Made by a program: the position numbers and the translations under genes. The notes under the pieces were generated by a model. The model was given only the letters and a program-made list of their open reading frames with translations. It made no database searches and was not told the DNA's origin. DNA of 64,000 bases. It comes from Candidatus Latescibacterota bacterium (GTDB lineage Bacteria > Latescibacterota > UBA2968). Of this stretch, positions 17,788-28,136 are shown one piece after another. Where the stretch lies: assembly GCA_965204745.1 (NCBI GenBank), contig OZ242010.1, positions 132,007-196,006 of the forward strand, written 5' to 3'. The first letter of the stretch is position 1. Each line of letters starts with the position of its first letter.

Positions 17788-19581
17788 TTGAACCGCAAAA
17801 TAATGCCCCTCAAATCCCATCGCGTTATGACCTTTATCAAACAAATCTACGACCTGCTCGAGGGCCGCCGCCTTTTTATGGCCTGTTCGATTGCCTGCGG
17901 ATTGATCTTTGCAGCGGCCAATTTGATTCCGCCATTGCTCATCCGCAAACTCATCCAGTGGCTCACCGAGGCGCAACCCGTTGGGGACCTCGTGTGGATC
18001 AGCATCCTGCTCTTTGGGGTTTATGTGTTGCGCGGCGTCTCGCGGTATGGGTATGGCTTTTTTTCCCACGTCACGGCGTACCGCGTGATGCACGCCTTGA
18101 TGACGCGGGTGTACGCGCATCTGCAAAATTTGTCCCACAGCTTTTTTAATCGGCAACGCACCGGCAATTTGATGGCGCGGTCTATCAATGACATCGAAGC
18201 CATTGAGGATTTTATCGCGCACGGCATCCCGGAAACCGCACTCGCTACGGTCATTCCCATCTCCATGATCACCGTGCTCTTTTACCTCAATCCGGAACTC
18301 GCGCTCATCGCCATTTTGCCCATACCGCTCGCGGCGTTTCTCGTGTACCGCTACGTGTCCAAAGTGCGTGCGATGTGGCAGGCGGTGCGCGAGCGGCTTT
18401 CCGAACTCGCGGCATTGGTGCAAGACAATTTGTCGGGCATTGCGGTGATCAAATCCTTTGCCCGAGAGCGCGAATGCGCGCGGCATGTGGCCGACCGCAG
18501 CGCGAAATTTCACGACCGCTTGATCGAGGCCAACACGATCTCGCTCTTGCCGGCCGGAATTATCGAAGCCACAGGTGGATTGGGCATTGTGTGCGTGATA
18601 TGGAGCGGGGGCAACATGGCCCTCGACGACCGCATTTCGGTGGCGGATTTGTTCGTGTTCATCGTTTATATGGCGCATATCTACCAGCCGTTTTTGCAGT
18701 TGGCGTCTTTTAATGACGTGCTTCAAAAAGCCGCTGTGAGCACCAACCGGGTTTTTCAACTGCTCGCTGTGCGCCCGGAAATTACGGACGCGCCGCACGT
18801 TGTCGCGCCCAAGGCTATCGCTTGGGATGTTCACCTCGACGGACTCACCTTTGGCTACGACCCCGCAGTACCCGTGTTGCACGACATCGACATTTACATC
18901 GGCGAAGGGGAAATCCTCGCGTTGGTCGGCCCCACGGGCGCGGGCAAATCCACGGTTGCCAATCTCTTGCCCCGGTTTTACGACCCACAGCGCGGCGCGG
19001 TTCGCATCGGCGGGCATGACCTGCGCGACATGCCCATCGCGTTTGTGCGCGAAAACATCGCTTCGGTCTTGCAAGACGTGTTTCTGTTTCACGGCACGGT
19101 CTATGAAAATCTGATCTTTGGCCGCCCGGATGCGTCCGAGCGTGCGGTGCGAGAAGCCGCCAATGCCGCCAATGCCCATGCGTTTATCCGCGACTTGCCT
19201 CGTGGCTACGACACGGTGATCGGGGAACGCGGCGTACGCCTGTCTGGCGGTCAAAAACAGCGGCTCTCCATTGCCCGCGCCCTCCTCAAGGACGCGCCCA
19301 TCCTCATCTTGGACGAAGCCACATCCTCTGTCGATGTCGAAACCGAGGCCCTGATTCAAGAAGCCCTTTCCCGGCTCACGCAAAACCGCACCACCCTCGT
19401 CATTGCCCATCGTCTTTCCACCGTGCGCCGCGCCCACGCCATTGTGGTGCTCGACGAAGGCCGCATAGTCGAAACCGGGAACCACGATACCCTCATCGCC
19501 CGCGAGGGACTCTACGCGCGCATGGTTCGGGCACAAGACCTCACGCGAGACGGGGATTTCCTTCCGCATGTTGCGGATTGA
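17788..19581 (+). CDS. ABC exporter, fused permease plus ATP-binding domains (MsbA/type-I exporter-like)
   Basis: Six-TM N-terminal half. The NBD has GPTGAGKST (Walker A), LSGGQKQRLSIARAL (signature) and ILILDEATSSVD (Walker B). There is no C39 peptidase domain. Confidence 0.85.
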   Translation: MNRKIMPLKSHRVMTFIKQIYDLLEGRRLFMACSIACGLIFAAANLIPPLLIRKLIQWLTEAQPVGDLVWISILLFGVYVLRGVSRYGYGFFSHVTAYRVMHALMTRVYAHLQNLSHSFFNRQRTGNLMARSINDIEAIEDFIAHGIPETALATVIPISMITVLFYLNPELALIAILPIPLAAFLVYRYVSKVRAMWQAVRERLSELAALVQDNLSGIAVIKSFARERECARHVADRSAKFHDRLIEANTISLLPAGIIEATGGLGIVCVIWSGGNMALDDRISVADLFVFIVYMAHIYQPFLQLASFNDVLQKAAVSTNRVFQLLAVRPEITDAPHVVAPKAIAWDVHLDGLTFGYDPAVPVLHDIDIYIGEGEILALVGPTGAGKSTVANLLPRFYDPQRGAVRIGGHDLRDMPIAFVRENIASVLQDVFLFHGTVYENLIFGRPDASERAVREAANAANAHAFIRDLPRGYDTVIGERGVRLSGGQKQRLSIARALLKDAPILILDEATSSVDVETEALIQEALSRLTQNRTTLVIAHRLSTVRRAHAIVVLDEGRIVETGNHDTLIAREGLYARMVRAQDLTRDGDFLPHVAD

Positions 19582-19676
19582 GGGGTCAGTCCCCGCACCG
19601 TGCCTAAGCGAGACGTGAGATGAGATTTTAGCCACGAGCGGGGTACAACTGGCGATAACCCGTTCAAAAACGAGCA

Positions 19677-19996
19677 GTGTGTAGGTCTTCTCCCGTCTTG
19701 CCTCTCACCTCTCACCTTTTTAGGCGATGCCTCCGTGCCTCGCCCAAAGATACAAGAGGATTTGGGGCCGGTGGGCCTCTCCCTCTCCCCTCTGCCCTCT
19801 TGCGTCTCACTTGCGGGCGGCGGACGGGCGGGTGGGCCTCTCCCCTCTGCCCTCTTACGTCTCACTTGCAGGAGGTGGACGGGCGGGTGGGTGGGCCTCT
19901 CCCTCTCCCCTCTGCCCTCTTACGTCTCACTTTCGGGAGGCGGACAGGCGGGGCGGACTGACAACTGACAACTGACAACTGACAACTGACAACTGA
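19677..19996. repeat. Composite repeat: ~60-bp tandem unit x3 (ggcctctcccctctgccctcttgcgtctcacttgcgggcggcggacgggcgggtg), then (GACAACT) x6 heptamers directly abutting IS left end
   Basis: Read directly. The + ORFs 19677/19727/19735 are its three reading frames. Confidence 0.8.
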
Positions 19997-20986
19997 CAAT
20001 GCGAATTAAGAGTTGAATCCATCGCGTACTTGTCTTTTTTTGAGGGCTCAATCATTTCACCCTTAAAGGAAGGAGCACGCGATGGATTGGCAAGATAAAC
20101 TCATTCACTTGTATGTCTATATTTGTCAGCAGTATGACCAAAAGCATCTGTGGTTTTATACGGAACGCATGAGTAATAACGACACGCCGACCTTCACAGA
20201 TGAAGAAGTGCTGACGATCTATTTGTTTGGGATCATGCAACAACACACGCAGATCAAGGCGATTTATACCTATACCAAGGATCATTTGTTCGACTGGTTT
20301 CCCAATCTGCCCACTTATGCAGGCTATATCCAGCGGTTGAACCGCTTGTGTGTGGTCTTCGCCCCATTGATTGAACAAATCCAAAAGGATAGTCCCGCAA
20401 CCGATGTCTCTGAACACACCTACTTGGTGGATTCCATGCCGATTGTCATGGCACAATCGGCACGTAGCGGAAAGGCATGTGTGGCTGAAGAACAACGGGC
20501 CAACAAAGGCCGCTGCGCTTCCAAAAAGATGTGGTATTACGGCACCAAACTGCACATGGTCGCACAAGACCGCGAGAATGGCCTCCCGAAAGCAGAGTAC
20601 TTCGGCTTGACAGGCGCAGCAGAGCATGACCTGACTGCTTTGCGACACGTCTTACCCGTTTTGCGTGATGGACACCTCTACGGCGATAAACTCTACGCCG
20701 ATCAGCCCTTAAAAGACACGCTTAGCAAACAGCAGAACCTGATCTTCGAGACGCCGGTGAAGCGAAAAAAGGGGCAAGAAAGCCTGACCGAGGCCGAAAA
20801 AGACTTTTCTCGGGCGGTTTCGAGCATGCGACAGCCTATAGAGGCCTTGTTCAGTTGGATTGAACGAAAGACGAACATCTCGATGGCGTCTCGGGTACGA
20901 TCCTATGAGGGCTTACTCGTTCATGTCTTTGGGCGATTGACCGCGGCTTGCTTCTTACTCGCTTTCTACTCTTAATTCGCATTGTT
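19995..20986 (+). mobile_element. IS982-family insertion sequence (~990 bp) with 18-bp terminal inverted repeats acaatgcgaattaagagt
   Basis: IRL at 19995-20013 and IRR at 20968-20986 are perfect reverse complements. The element has a single DDE transposase ORF. No clean target duplication is visible. Confidence 0.8.
20082..20975 (+). CDS. IS982-family DDE transposase (297 aa)
   Basis: It has the size and organisation of IS982 transposases. The conserved D...D...E spacing is implied by VDSMPI...LHMV...YADQP. The gene ends inside IRR. Confidence 0.75.
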   Translation: MDWQDKLIHLYVYICQQYDQKHLWFYTERMSNNDTPTFTDEEVLTIYLFGIMQQHTQIKAIYTYTKDHLFDWFPNLPTYAGYIQRLNRLCVVFAPLIEQIQKDSPATDVSEHTYLVDSMPIVMAQSARSGKACVAEEQRANKGRCASKKMWYYGTKLHMVAQDRENGLPKAEYFGLTGAAEHDLTALRHVLPVLRDGHLYGDKLYADQPLKDTLSKQQNLIFETPVKRKKGQESLTEAEKDFSRAVSSMRQPIEALFSWIERKTNISMASRVRSYEGLLVHVFGRLTAACFLLAFYS

Positions 20987-23921
20987 GACTACTTGCTATG
21001 CTCAACGTGACGATGAACTCAAGGGACGAGGAACCGCTCCCCTCGGTCACACTCGGAGAATCAATACTCAGCGTCGGCGGGTCATCATCATCGGTTAGCG
21101 TCAAATTCGCGTTGACCAAACTGCCCACGCCTTGATCGTTGCTTGCCACACCGGACACGGTCACGGCGCGATTAACCTCGTATTGACCGTTGTCCACCGC
21201 CGTGATCGCTACCGTGTCCGACGCGTTCGTCGTGTCCCCAGCCGCGATGGCAATCGTCGAATCCTGACCCACCGTGTAGGCACCGGTCACCGGGCGCACC
21301 GTGATCGTGGTCGCCTCACTCGACGGACGCGAGAGCGTCGCGCTCACCGTCGAAACACCGCCAGCCTCCGAGATGGACGAGGGCGACAGCATCAGCGTCA
21401 CATCCGGCGCGGCGTCATCGTCTGTGATCGTCAGGGCCCCGGAAGCCATCGATGCCACATCGTCGCCTGCCACCGTGCCAGACACGCCTAAGCGCTTGTC
21501 CGGTGCATCGGTCGTGTTGTTCACCGCCGTGATGACCACCGTGTCCGACGCGTTCGTCGTGTCCCCAGCCGCAATGGTGATCGTCGAATCCTGATCCACC
21601 GTGTAAGCACCGGTCACCGGCCGCACCGTGATTGTTGTCGCATCCCTCGATAGATGCGACAGCTTCGCGCTCACCGTCGCAACACCACCAGCCTCAGAAA
21701 TCGACGTGGGCGACAGTGCCAATGTCACCGTCGGTTTATCCAGCGCGATGCCATTTGGCGTAGTCAATCCTGTGGTGATGAGGTCTTCGACATTCGAGCC
21801 ATCGAGGTCGGCACGCAGAATCTTATCCGTGCTCCAGTCCGTCCAGTACATCTTTCCGCCCCCCACATCCAGCGCGATGTCAATTGGCGAACTCAATCCT
21901 GTGGTGATGAGGTCTTCGACATTGGAGCCATCGAGGTCGGCACGCTGAATCTTACCCGGGCTCTCTTCCGTCCAGTACATCTTGCCGCGTCCCACATCCA
22001 GCGCGATGCCAACTGGCGTATTCAATCCTGTGGTGATGAGGTCTTCGACATTCGAGCCATCGAGGTCGGCACGCTGAATCTTATCCGTGCCATAGTCCGT
22101 CCAGTACATCTTTCCGCCCCCCACATCCAGCGCGATGCCATATGGTTCTCTCAATCCTGTGGTGATGAGGTCTTCGACATTGGAGCCATCGAGGTCGGCA
22201 CGCTGAATCTTATCCGTGCCAGTGTCCATCCAGTACATCTTTCCGCCCCCCACATCCAGCGCGATGCCAGATGGATTCCTCAATCCTGATGCGCTGGTGA
22301 TGAGGTCTTCGACATTGGAGCCATCGAGGTCGGCACGCTGAATCTTACGTGCGTCATAGTCCGTCCAGTACATCTTGCCGCGGCCCACATCCAGCGCGAT
22401 GCCAACTGGCGTATTCAATCCTGTGGTGATGAGGTCTTCGACATTGGAGCCATCAATGTTGACACGCTGAATCTTATCCGTGCCATAGTCCGTCCAGTAC
22501 ATCTTGGGCGCGTCATCGTCTTCCAGCGTCAAAGCCGCACCGGTCACACGGCCCACGCCTTGATCGTTGCGTGCCACACCGGACACGGTCACGGCGCGAG
22601 TAACCTCGTATTGACCGTTGTCCACCGCCGTGATCGCTACCGTGTCCGACGCGTTCGTCGTGTCCCCAGCCGCGATGGTGATCGTCGAATCCGACCCCAC
22701 CGTGTAGGCATTGGCCACGGGGCGCACCGTGATCGTGGTCGCCTCACTCGACGGACGCGAGAGCACCGCGCTCACCGTCGAGACACCGCCAGCCTCCGAG
22801 ATGGACGAGGGCGACAGCATCAGCGTCACGGTAGGCGAGGCGTCATCGTCCTCCAGCGTCAATGCCGCACCGAGCACACTGACCGTGTCATCGCTTGCCA
22901 CACCGAACACGGTCACACGCTTACTCGGCGCATCGGTCGTGTTGTTCACCGCCGTGATGACCACCGTGTCCGACGCGTTCGTCGTGTCCCCAGCCGCAAT
23001 GGTGATCGTCGAATCCGACCCCACCGTGTAAGCACCGGTCACCGGGCGCACCGTGATTGTTGTCGCCGCCGCCAACCGATGCGACAGCTTCGCGCTCACC
23101 GTCGCAACACCACCAGCCTCAGAAATCGACGTGGGCGACAGTGCCAATGTCACCGTCGGTTTATCCAGCGCGATGCCAAATGGCGTAGTCAATCCTGTGG
23201 TGATGAGGTCTTCGACATTGGAGCCATCGAGGTCGGCACGCTGAATCTTATCCGTGAGCTGGTCCACCCAGTACATCTTTCCGCCCCCCACATCCAGTGC
23301 GATGCCCTGTGGCCTCCTCAATCCTGATGCTCTGGTGATGAGGTCTTCGACATTGGAGCCATCGAGGTCGGCACGCTGAATCTTACCCGGGCTCTCTTCC
23401 GTCCAGTACATCTTTCCGCCCCCCACATCCAGCGCGATGCCAACTGGAAAACTCAATCCTGTGGTGATGAGGTCTTCGACATTGGAGCCATCGAGGTCGG
23501 CACGCTGAATCTTAAACGTGTTGCTGTCTGTCCAGTACATCTTTCCGCCCCCCACATCCAGCGCGATGTGTGGCGTAATCAATCCTCTGATGAGGTCTTC
23601 GACATTGGAGCCATCGAGGTCGGCACGCCGAATACGACCTCCGAGAAGGTCCGTCCAGTACATCTTTCCGCCCCCCACATCCAGCGCGAGGCCCCGTGGA
23701 TTCGTCAATCCTGTGGTGATGAGGTCTTCGACATTGGAGCCATCCAAGTTGGCACGCTGAATCTTATCCGTGCCATAGTCCGTCCAGTACATCTTGAGCG
23801 TGTCGCCCCCGCTGCTCACCAGTGGTGTCGTCTGCGCTGTCGCGGGGGCGATCAGCAAGGGCATGACCAACACGGCGATCCATGTTGGAAGGGACAGAAA
23901 ACGGGGATAATGGGATGTCAT
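20955..23921 (-). CDS. Secreted YWTD (LDL-receptor class B) beta-propeller plus Calx-beta protein, C-terminally truncated or replaced by the IS982 insertion
   Basis: Signal peptide MTSHYPRFLSLPTWIAVLVMPLLIAPATAQ. There are 2 x 6 YWTD blades (KMYWTDYGTDKIQRADLDGSNVEDLITTGL...) and about 7 Calx-beta-like units (ISEAGGVSTVSA...ITAVDN). The last 10 codons (QCELRVESE*) are IS terminal sequence. Confidence 0.75.
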   Translation of the reverse strand: MTSHYPRFLSLPTWIAVLVMPLLIAPATAQTTPLVSSGGDTLKMYWTDYGTDKIQRANLDGSNVEDLITTGLTNPRGLALDVGGGKMYWTDLLGGRIRRADLDGSNVEDLIRGLITPHIALDVGGGKMYWTDSNTFKIQRADLDGSNVEDLITTGLSFPVGIALDVGGGKMYWTEESPGKIQRADLDGSNVEDLITRASGLRRPQGIALDVGGGKMYWVDQLTDKIQRADLDGSNVEDLITTGLTTPFGIALDKPTVTLALSPTSISEAGGVATVSAKLSHRLAAATTITVRPVTGAYTVGSDSTITIAAGDTTNASDTVVITAVNNTTDAPSKRVTVFGVASDDTVSVLGAALTLEDDDASPTVTLMLSPSSISEAGGVSTVSAVLSRPSSEATTITVRPVANAYTVGSDSTITIAAGDTTNASDTVAITAVDNGQYEVTRAVTVSGVARNDQGVGRVTGAALTLEDDDAPKMYWTDYGTDKIQRVNIDGSNVEDLITTGLNTPVGIALDVGRGKMYWTDYDARKIQRADLDGSNVEDLITSASGLRNPSGIALDVGGGKMYWMDTGTDKIQRADLDGSNVEDLITTGLREPYGIALDVGGGKMYWTDYGTDKIQRADLDGSNVEDLITTGLNTPVGIALDVGRGKMYWTEESPGKIQRADLDGSNVEDLITTGLSSPIDIALDVGGGKMYWTDWSTDKILRADLDGSNVEDLITTGLTTPNGIALDKPTVTLALSPTSISEAGGVATVSAKLSHLSRDATTITVRPVTGAYTVDQDSTITIAAGDTTNASDTVVITAVNNTTDAPDKRLGVSGTVAGDDVASMASGALTITDDDAAPDVTLMLSPSSISEAGGVSTVSATLSRPSSEATTITVRPVTGAYTVGQDSTIAIAAGDTTNASDTVAITAVDNGQYEVNRAVTVSGVASNDQGVGSLVNANLTLTDDDDPPTLSIDSPSVTEGSGSSSLEFIVTLSIASSQQCELRVESE

Positions 23922-23949
23922 TTTATTTTTCTCTCGGGGAAGGGAATCG

Positions 23950-24360
23950 CGTTATTATTTGGCAAGTGGTAAAATAACGATGGGGTCGATGGTCAGTCAA
24001 GCAATAAGGACAGGCACAGGGGCCTGTCCCTACGGATGATGAGGCGGGGGATGCGAGGGGGACCTACCCCCTGGCCCCCTTCCTGCGAGGAAGGGGGAAT
24101 GGCGAGAGGTTGTGCGAGGGATTGTGTGTAAGGGTTTTTGGATTTGCATGGCGTGATCCATTCGCCCAAAGCCATCAAAACAGCCAGGGATGCAAACCTT
24201 TAAGAAAGCCATGCGCTCCCCCTTTCCTCGTAGGCACAGGCGTAACCTACAATGAGCGAAGCGAATAACGGGGGCCGGGGGGATAGGTCCTGCGGTTGGG
24301 CGGTGTGGGGTAATCCGCGCAATCCCCTAATCCGTTTAATCCGCGATTCAGACACGGCCG
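23950..24360. repeat. Mosaic REP/MITE-like intergenic repeat block R1 (hairpins ggacaggcacaggggcctgtcc and gtaggcacaggcgtaacctac). It is homologous to 51560-51930.
   Basis: By-eye alignment with 51470-51960, 25440-25560 and 58860-59175. Small ORFs across it (24030-24212) recur with the repeat and so are not genes. Confidence 0.7.
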
Positions 24361-24396
24361 GGTGGCGCGGTTGGGTCGTGGGTAATCAAAATCGCG

Positions 24397-25374
24397 TCAC
24401 GCCTCCGCATCCAATGCGCGCTGAAATTCACCCAGATCCGCGACTTGCACTGCCGAGCGATGCAACTGCTTGAGGCGTTGCAAATCTTCGATGGTCCGAA
24501 GGCGACCTGCGACCTGATCGGCCACGGCAGGATCAAAGCGAATCTCCAGCACGTCGAGAATCGCGTCCATGGTATGTTCCCTACCCCCTCGCTCGATACC
24601 CTGCTCAATGCCCTGCTCGATGCCCTGCTCGATGCCCTGCTCGATGCCCTGCTCAATGCCCTGCTCAATAAACTGTTCCTTGAAGTGCTCCTTGAGGTAT
24701 TGGGCAAACGATGATTCACGCATAATCGCGTCCATAAAACCCTCCTGAGAAAGAATTCGGTTGATGGTGGTCGGCTCATAAGCCAAACCACTCATGACCG
24801 CCAAGCCACCCAAAAAGTCGATCTTGCTTGAATGATCCAAGGGCATCACATCGGTCTTGCGGATACACTGACGCAACCATGCCTCTGAATCCACCCCCAC
24901 AGGAGGTCTCATCAACGGCGCGAAGGGAAGCAAGCCCGCCTGACCCCCTTCAAGAATGCTTTGCCCATCCATCTCACTCAGCCGAATCACCTTGTATTCC
25001 ACATAGATGAAATGGCCGGGAAGTTCTTGCGTGTAGCATCCTGGATCGTGCCGCCCGGCATTGCGCCGCAAGTAGATCACACAGGAATAGACCGGCAGGC
25101 CATACTGCGCGATAATGTAACCCATGTAATTGATCATGCGGCGATTCATCGGGGTGCCCGTGCTGTCGGCGGTTTGAAATTCCGTGTGAACCAAGGCCTC
25201 CTGACCGCCAATCCGCACGCGAATCAGATTATCGCTCCGGCGCATTTCAACGGTGGGTTGTTCGGTTTCGAGCAGACCGTCAACTTCCACGTCAACTCGT
25301 CCGAGAATGAATTGGACGAGGTCGTCTGGATAGTTTTGAATCAGGTGTTTGGAAATTGTATCGTACTCGGCCAT
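24397..25374 (-). CDS. Rpn/YhgA-like PD-(D/E)XK recombination-promoting nuclease (transposase_31 family) with C-terminal DUF4351-like tail and an internal (IEQG)n repeat
   Basis: N-terminal MAEYDTISKHLIQNYPDDLVQF...IRVRIGGQEALVHTEFQ (PD-(D/E)XK core). C-terminal ILDVLEIRFDPAVADQVAGRLRTIEDLQRLKQLHRSA. A paralogous copy is at 53698-54630. Confidence 0.75.
   Translation of the reverse strand: MAEYDTISKHLIQNYPDDLVQFILGRVDVEVDGLLETEQPTVEMRRSDNLIRVRIGGQEALVHTEFQTADSTGTPMNRRMINYMGYIIAQYGLPVYSCVIYLRRNAGRHDPGCYTQELPGHFIYVEYKVIRLSEMDGQSILEGGQAGLLPFAPLMRPPVGVDSEAWLRQCIRKTDVMPLDHSSKIDFLGGLAVMSGLAYEPTTINRILSQEGFMDAIMRESSFAQYLKEHFKEQFIEQGIEQGIEQGIEQGIEQGIEQGIERGGREHTMDAILDVLEIRFDPAVADQVAGRLRTIEDLQRLKQLHRSAVQVADLGEFQRALDAEA
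24590..24672. repeat. In-frame 12-bp coding microsatellite (ctgctcgatgcc / ctgctcaatgcc) x~7, encoding (IEQG)n in Rpn copy 1. Copy 2 has only about 3.5 units (53890-53935).
   Basis: Read directly in both paralogs. Confidence 0.85.
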
Positions 25375-25439
25375 GTGAATCCTCCGAAATAAAATCATAC
25401 CCATTCGATTTCAAAGCGAAAAAAAATAAAGAATCACGC

Positions 25440-25700
25440 TATTGTTTGTCAAGCGGTAAAATGACGATGGGATCGGTGGTCAGTCAAGCGAGAAGGACAG
25501 GCAAAGGGGCCTGTCCCTACGGATGATGAGGCGGGGGATGCGGAGGACACAGCGGAGTGGAACGATGAAGCGGCGGTAGGGTGGTGGGTGGATCTCGCCT
25601 CTTACTTCTTGCCTCTTACTTGGGGATAGGGCTTGCGGTTGGGCGGATGGGCGAGCACGGAGGCATCGCCCAAAAAGGTGAGAGGTGAGAGGCAAGACGG
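25440..25700. repeat. Mosaic repeat block (hairpin ggacaggcaaaggggcctgtcc, 'ggacacagcggagtgg aacgatgaagcgg' module, GA-heptamers)
   Basis: It shares modules with 23960-24060 and 51800-51870. Confidence 0.6.
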
Positions 25701-25783
25701 GAGAAGACCTACACTCACTGCTCGCCTTTGGACTGGCTACCGCCAGTTGTATCCCGCTCGTGGTGAAACGCCTATCTTCCCAC

Positions 25784-26785
25784 TTACAGCTTCTCCTCCA
25801 GCAATTGATCGATGAGGTCCGCGGTGGTGATGCCTTCGGCTTCGGCGTTGAAACTCGTGACCAAGCGGTGGCGCAACACGGGTTTGGCGACGAAGGATAC
25901 GTCTTCAATTGAAGGGGCAAAGCGACCGCTGAGCACGGCACGCGCTTTGGCGCCTAGGATCAGACACTGTGACGCGCGCGGCCCTGCGCCCCAGCGGAGC
26001 ATGGGTGCGATAGAGGTGTTTGCGTCCCTGTGGGTTTGTGGTCGGGTTTTGCGGACGAGGCGCACCGCGTGCTCTACGATGTGATCTGCGACCGGCACTT
26101 TGCGGATGAGGTGCTGGAGGTTGCGAATCTGATCCGCATCGAGCACCGGGTTGATGGCGTGGGTTTGCGCGCCTGTGGTGGCTTTGACAATGGCGCGTTC
26201 CTCTTCTTCGGTGGGATAGTCGATCCACAAGTTAAAAATGAACCGGTCGAGTTGGGCTTCGGGCAGGGGATACGTGCCTTCTTGTTCAATGGGATTTTGC
26301 GTTGCCAAGACAAAGAACGGTTCTTCGAGGCGAAAGGTCCCGCCCCCGGCCGTGACTTCGTGTTCTTGCATGGCCTGCAACAAAGCGGCTTGCGTTTTGG
26401 GCGGGGTGCGATTGATCTCGTCTGCCAAGATGATGTTGGCAAACAACGGGCCTTTGACAAAGCGAAATGTTTTGTGGCCCGTGGCGTGATCTTCTTCGAG
26501 GACTTCGGTGCCCGTGATGTCGGACGGCATCAGGTCGGGGGTGAACTGGATGCGGCTAAACGACAAGTCCAGGGCGCGGGCAAGGGTGCTGATGAGCAGG
26601 GTCTTTGCCAACCCCGGCACGCCGACGAGCAAGCAATGCCCCCCGCAGAGCAGGGCGATGAGGAGTTGATCGACGATGTCCCGCTGTCCGATGATCACTT
26701 TGCCAATTTCAGCGGTGATCTGGTCGCAGGCGGTTTTCAGGTGTTCAACGGTTTGGAGATCGTTATCAGGTGTTGCGTCTAACAT
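25784..26785 (-). CDS. MoxR-family AAA+ ATPase
   Basis: [32 protein letters not shown] (Walker A), [12 protein letters not shown] (Walker B), and the typical MoxR C-terminal region. Confidence 0.85.
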   Translation of the reverse strand: MLDATPDNDLQTVEHLKTACDQITAEIGKVIIGQRDIVDQLLIALLCGGHCLLVGVPGLAKTLLISTLARALDLSFSRIQFTPDLMPSDITGTEVLEEDHATGHKTFRFVKGPLFANIILADEINRTPPKTQAALLQAMQEHEVTAGGGTFRLEEPFFVLATQNPIEQEGTYPLPEAQLDRFIFNLWIDYPTEEEERAIVKATTGAQTHAINPVLDADQIRNLQHLIRKVPVADHIVEHAVRLVRKTRPQTHRDANTSIAPMLRWGAGPRASQCLILGAKARAVLSGRFAPSIEDVSFVAKPVLRHRLVTSFNAEAEGITTADLIDQLLEEKL

Positions 26786-26897
26786 GGCGTGTCCTCAAGT
26801 GCGTGTCCATCCTCGCTTCCACCCCGCCGTGTGCGTTATCCCGGCCCATATTCCCCGACCTCTTGCCTCTCACGTCTTGCCTTTCACGTCTTGCCTC

Positions 26898-28082
26898 TCA
26901 CGTCTTCTGCTTCTCCTTTTTCGCAGCGGGGAAGAGGATGTTGTTGAGGATGAGGCGGTAGCCCGGGGAATTTTTGTGCAGGGCGAGTTGCGTGGGGGGG
27001 TCGTTGACGAAGTGTTGGTAGTCCTCTGGGTCGTGGCCCGCGTAAAATGTGAACGTGCCCCGGCCGATGTTGCCGTGGATGTATTTGACGTGGTTCGTGC
27101 CGGGGATGTCGCCCATGATGGTCACGGATTTTTTGATGCGGTCTTTGCGGAACGCCGTTGTTTGTCCCAAAAACCCGGGTACGATGGGCGTGTGGTTTTG
27201 CGTGAGCATCGTGGGCACGGGATCGTATTTGGCGGAAAATTCAAACAGGGAAAAAGCGTGCAGGTCCGCATCTTTGATCTGGCTCATTTCCGTGGGCGAC
27301 AGGTCGATGTCCGCGTGTTCGTATTCCATCGGGTCCAGCACCAGATTGAAGTTTTCAAAGGCCACTGTGCGCGAAAAGTCGAGTTTTTGTTGCGACATGG
27401 GATCCGCGGGGTCCCCGTCATAAACGCCATCGACAATATCGACCCCGCGGGCCGCGAGGGCAATGTCAAAGGTATCGGTTGCCGAGCACATGGCAAAGAT
27501 AAATCCGCCCTGCGTCATGTAGTTGTGAATGGCCCGTGCAACCGCGCCCTTGAGTTGCGAAACTTTGGCAAAGCCCAATTTGTGCGCGAGGGCCTCAAAC
27601 TCGGCCTGTTGCCGCCGATACCAGAGTTGGCGGCCGTGGCTGCGATAGAATTTGCCGTATTGCCCGGTGAAGTCTTCGTGGTGCAGGTGCAGCCAGTCGT
27701 AGTCCTCGAGTTGACCCGATAGCACTTCCTCGTCCCACAACGTGGTGTAGGGGATTTCCGCGTACGTGAGGGCCAAGGTCACGGCGTCGTCCCACGGCTG
27801 TTTGTGCGGCGGGGTATAGACCGCGATGCGCGGTGCTTTTTCGAGGTGCATGCGGTTCATGTTGGCGGATTCGATGTCCGCGTAGATGCGCGTGGCCTGC
27901 GCTGCGGAGATGGCCTGAAAAGATACGGCGCGGATTCGGGCTTCGCGCACAATGGTCTCGTGGAAGTCCATGAGAAAAGCCCCGCCCCGATAATTGAGCA
28001 ACCATTCCACGGGATGGCCCTCTTGCAAGGCCCAAAACGCAATGCCGTAGGCTTTGAGGTGATCGGTTTGCGTCACATCCAT
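26898..28082 (-). CDS. Hypothetical protein (~394 aa) upstream of moxR. The start is uncertain and the fold is unrecognised.
   Basis: The continuous ORF has normal composition from MDVTQTDHLKAYGIAFWALQEG... The upstream 170 codons of the track ORF are translated GA-heptamer and REP repeats and are not credible coding sequence. Confidence 0.45.
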   Translation of the reverse strand: MDVTQTDHLKAYGIAFWALQEGHPVEWLLNYRGGAFLMDFHETIVREARIRAVSFQAISAAQATRIYADIESANMNRMHLEKAPRIAVYTPPHKQPWDDAVTLALTYAEIPYTTLWDEEVLSGQLEDYDWLHLHHEDFTGQYGKFYRSHGRQLWYRRQQAEFEALAHKLGFAKVSQLKGAVARAIHNYMTQGGFIFAMCSATDTFDIALAARGVDIVDGVYDGDPADPMSQQKLDFSRTVAFENFNLVLDPMEYEHADIDLSPTEMSQIKDADLHAFSLFEFSAKYDPVPTMLTQNHTPIVPGFLGQTTAFRKDRIKKSVTIMGDIPGTNHVKYIHGNIGRGTFTFYAGHDPEDYQHFVNDPPTQLALHKNSPGYRLILNNILFPAAKKEKQKT

Positions 28083-28136
28083 CGGGATGAGCACCTTGCC
28101 GACATTGACCTGCCCCCCACCAATCGCCGCCGTGCA

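Noticed and set aside
17752-19635. 627-aa minus-strand ORF
   Set aside because: It is a shadow of the ABC exporter gene (17788-19581, +), which has canonical Walker, signature and TM features.
19582-19640. Possible terminator hairpin after the ABC exporter (ggggtcagtcccc)
   Set aside because: The stem is only 4 bp and no T-tract follows, so it is too weak to call.
24030-24212. 60-aa ORF MAFLKVCIPGCFDGF... with a near-identical second copy at 51574-51996
   Set aside because: It recurs only because it lies within mosaic repeat blocks R1/R2. The frame is not preserved between copies and there is no RBS.
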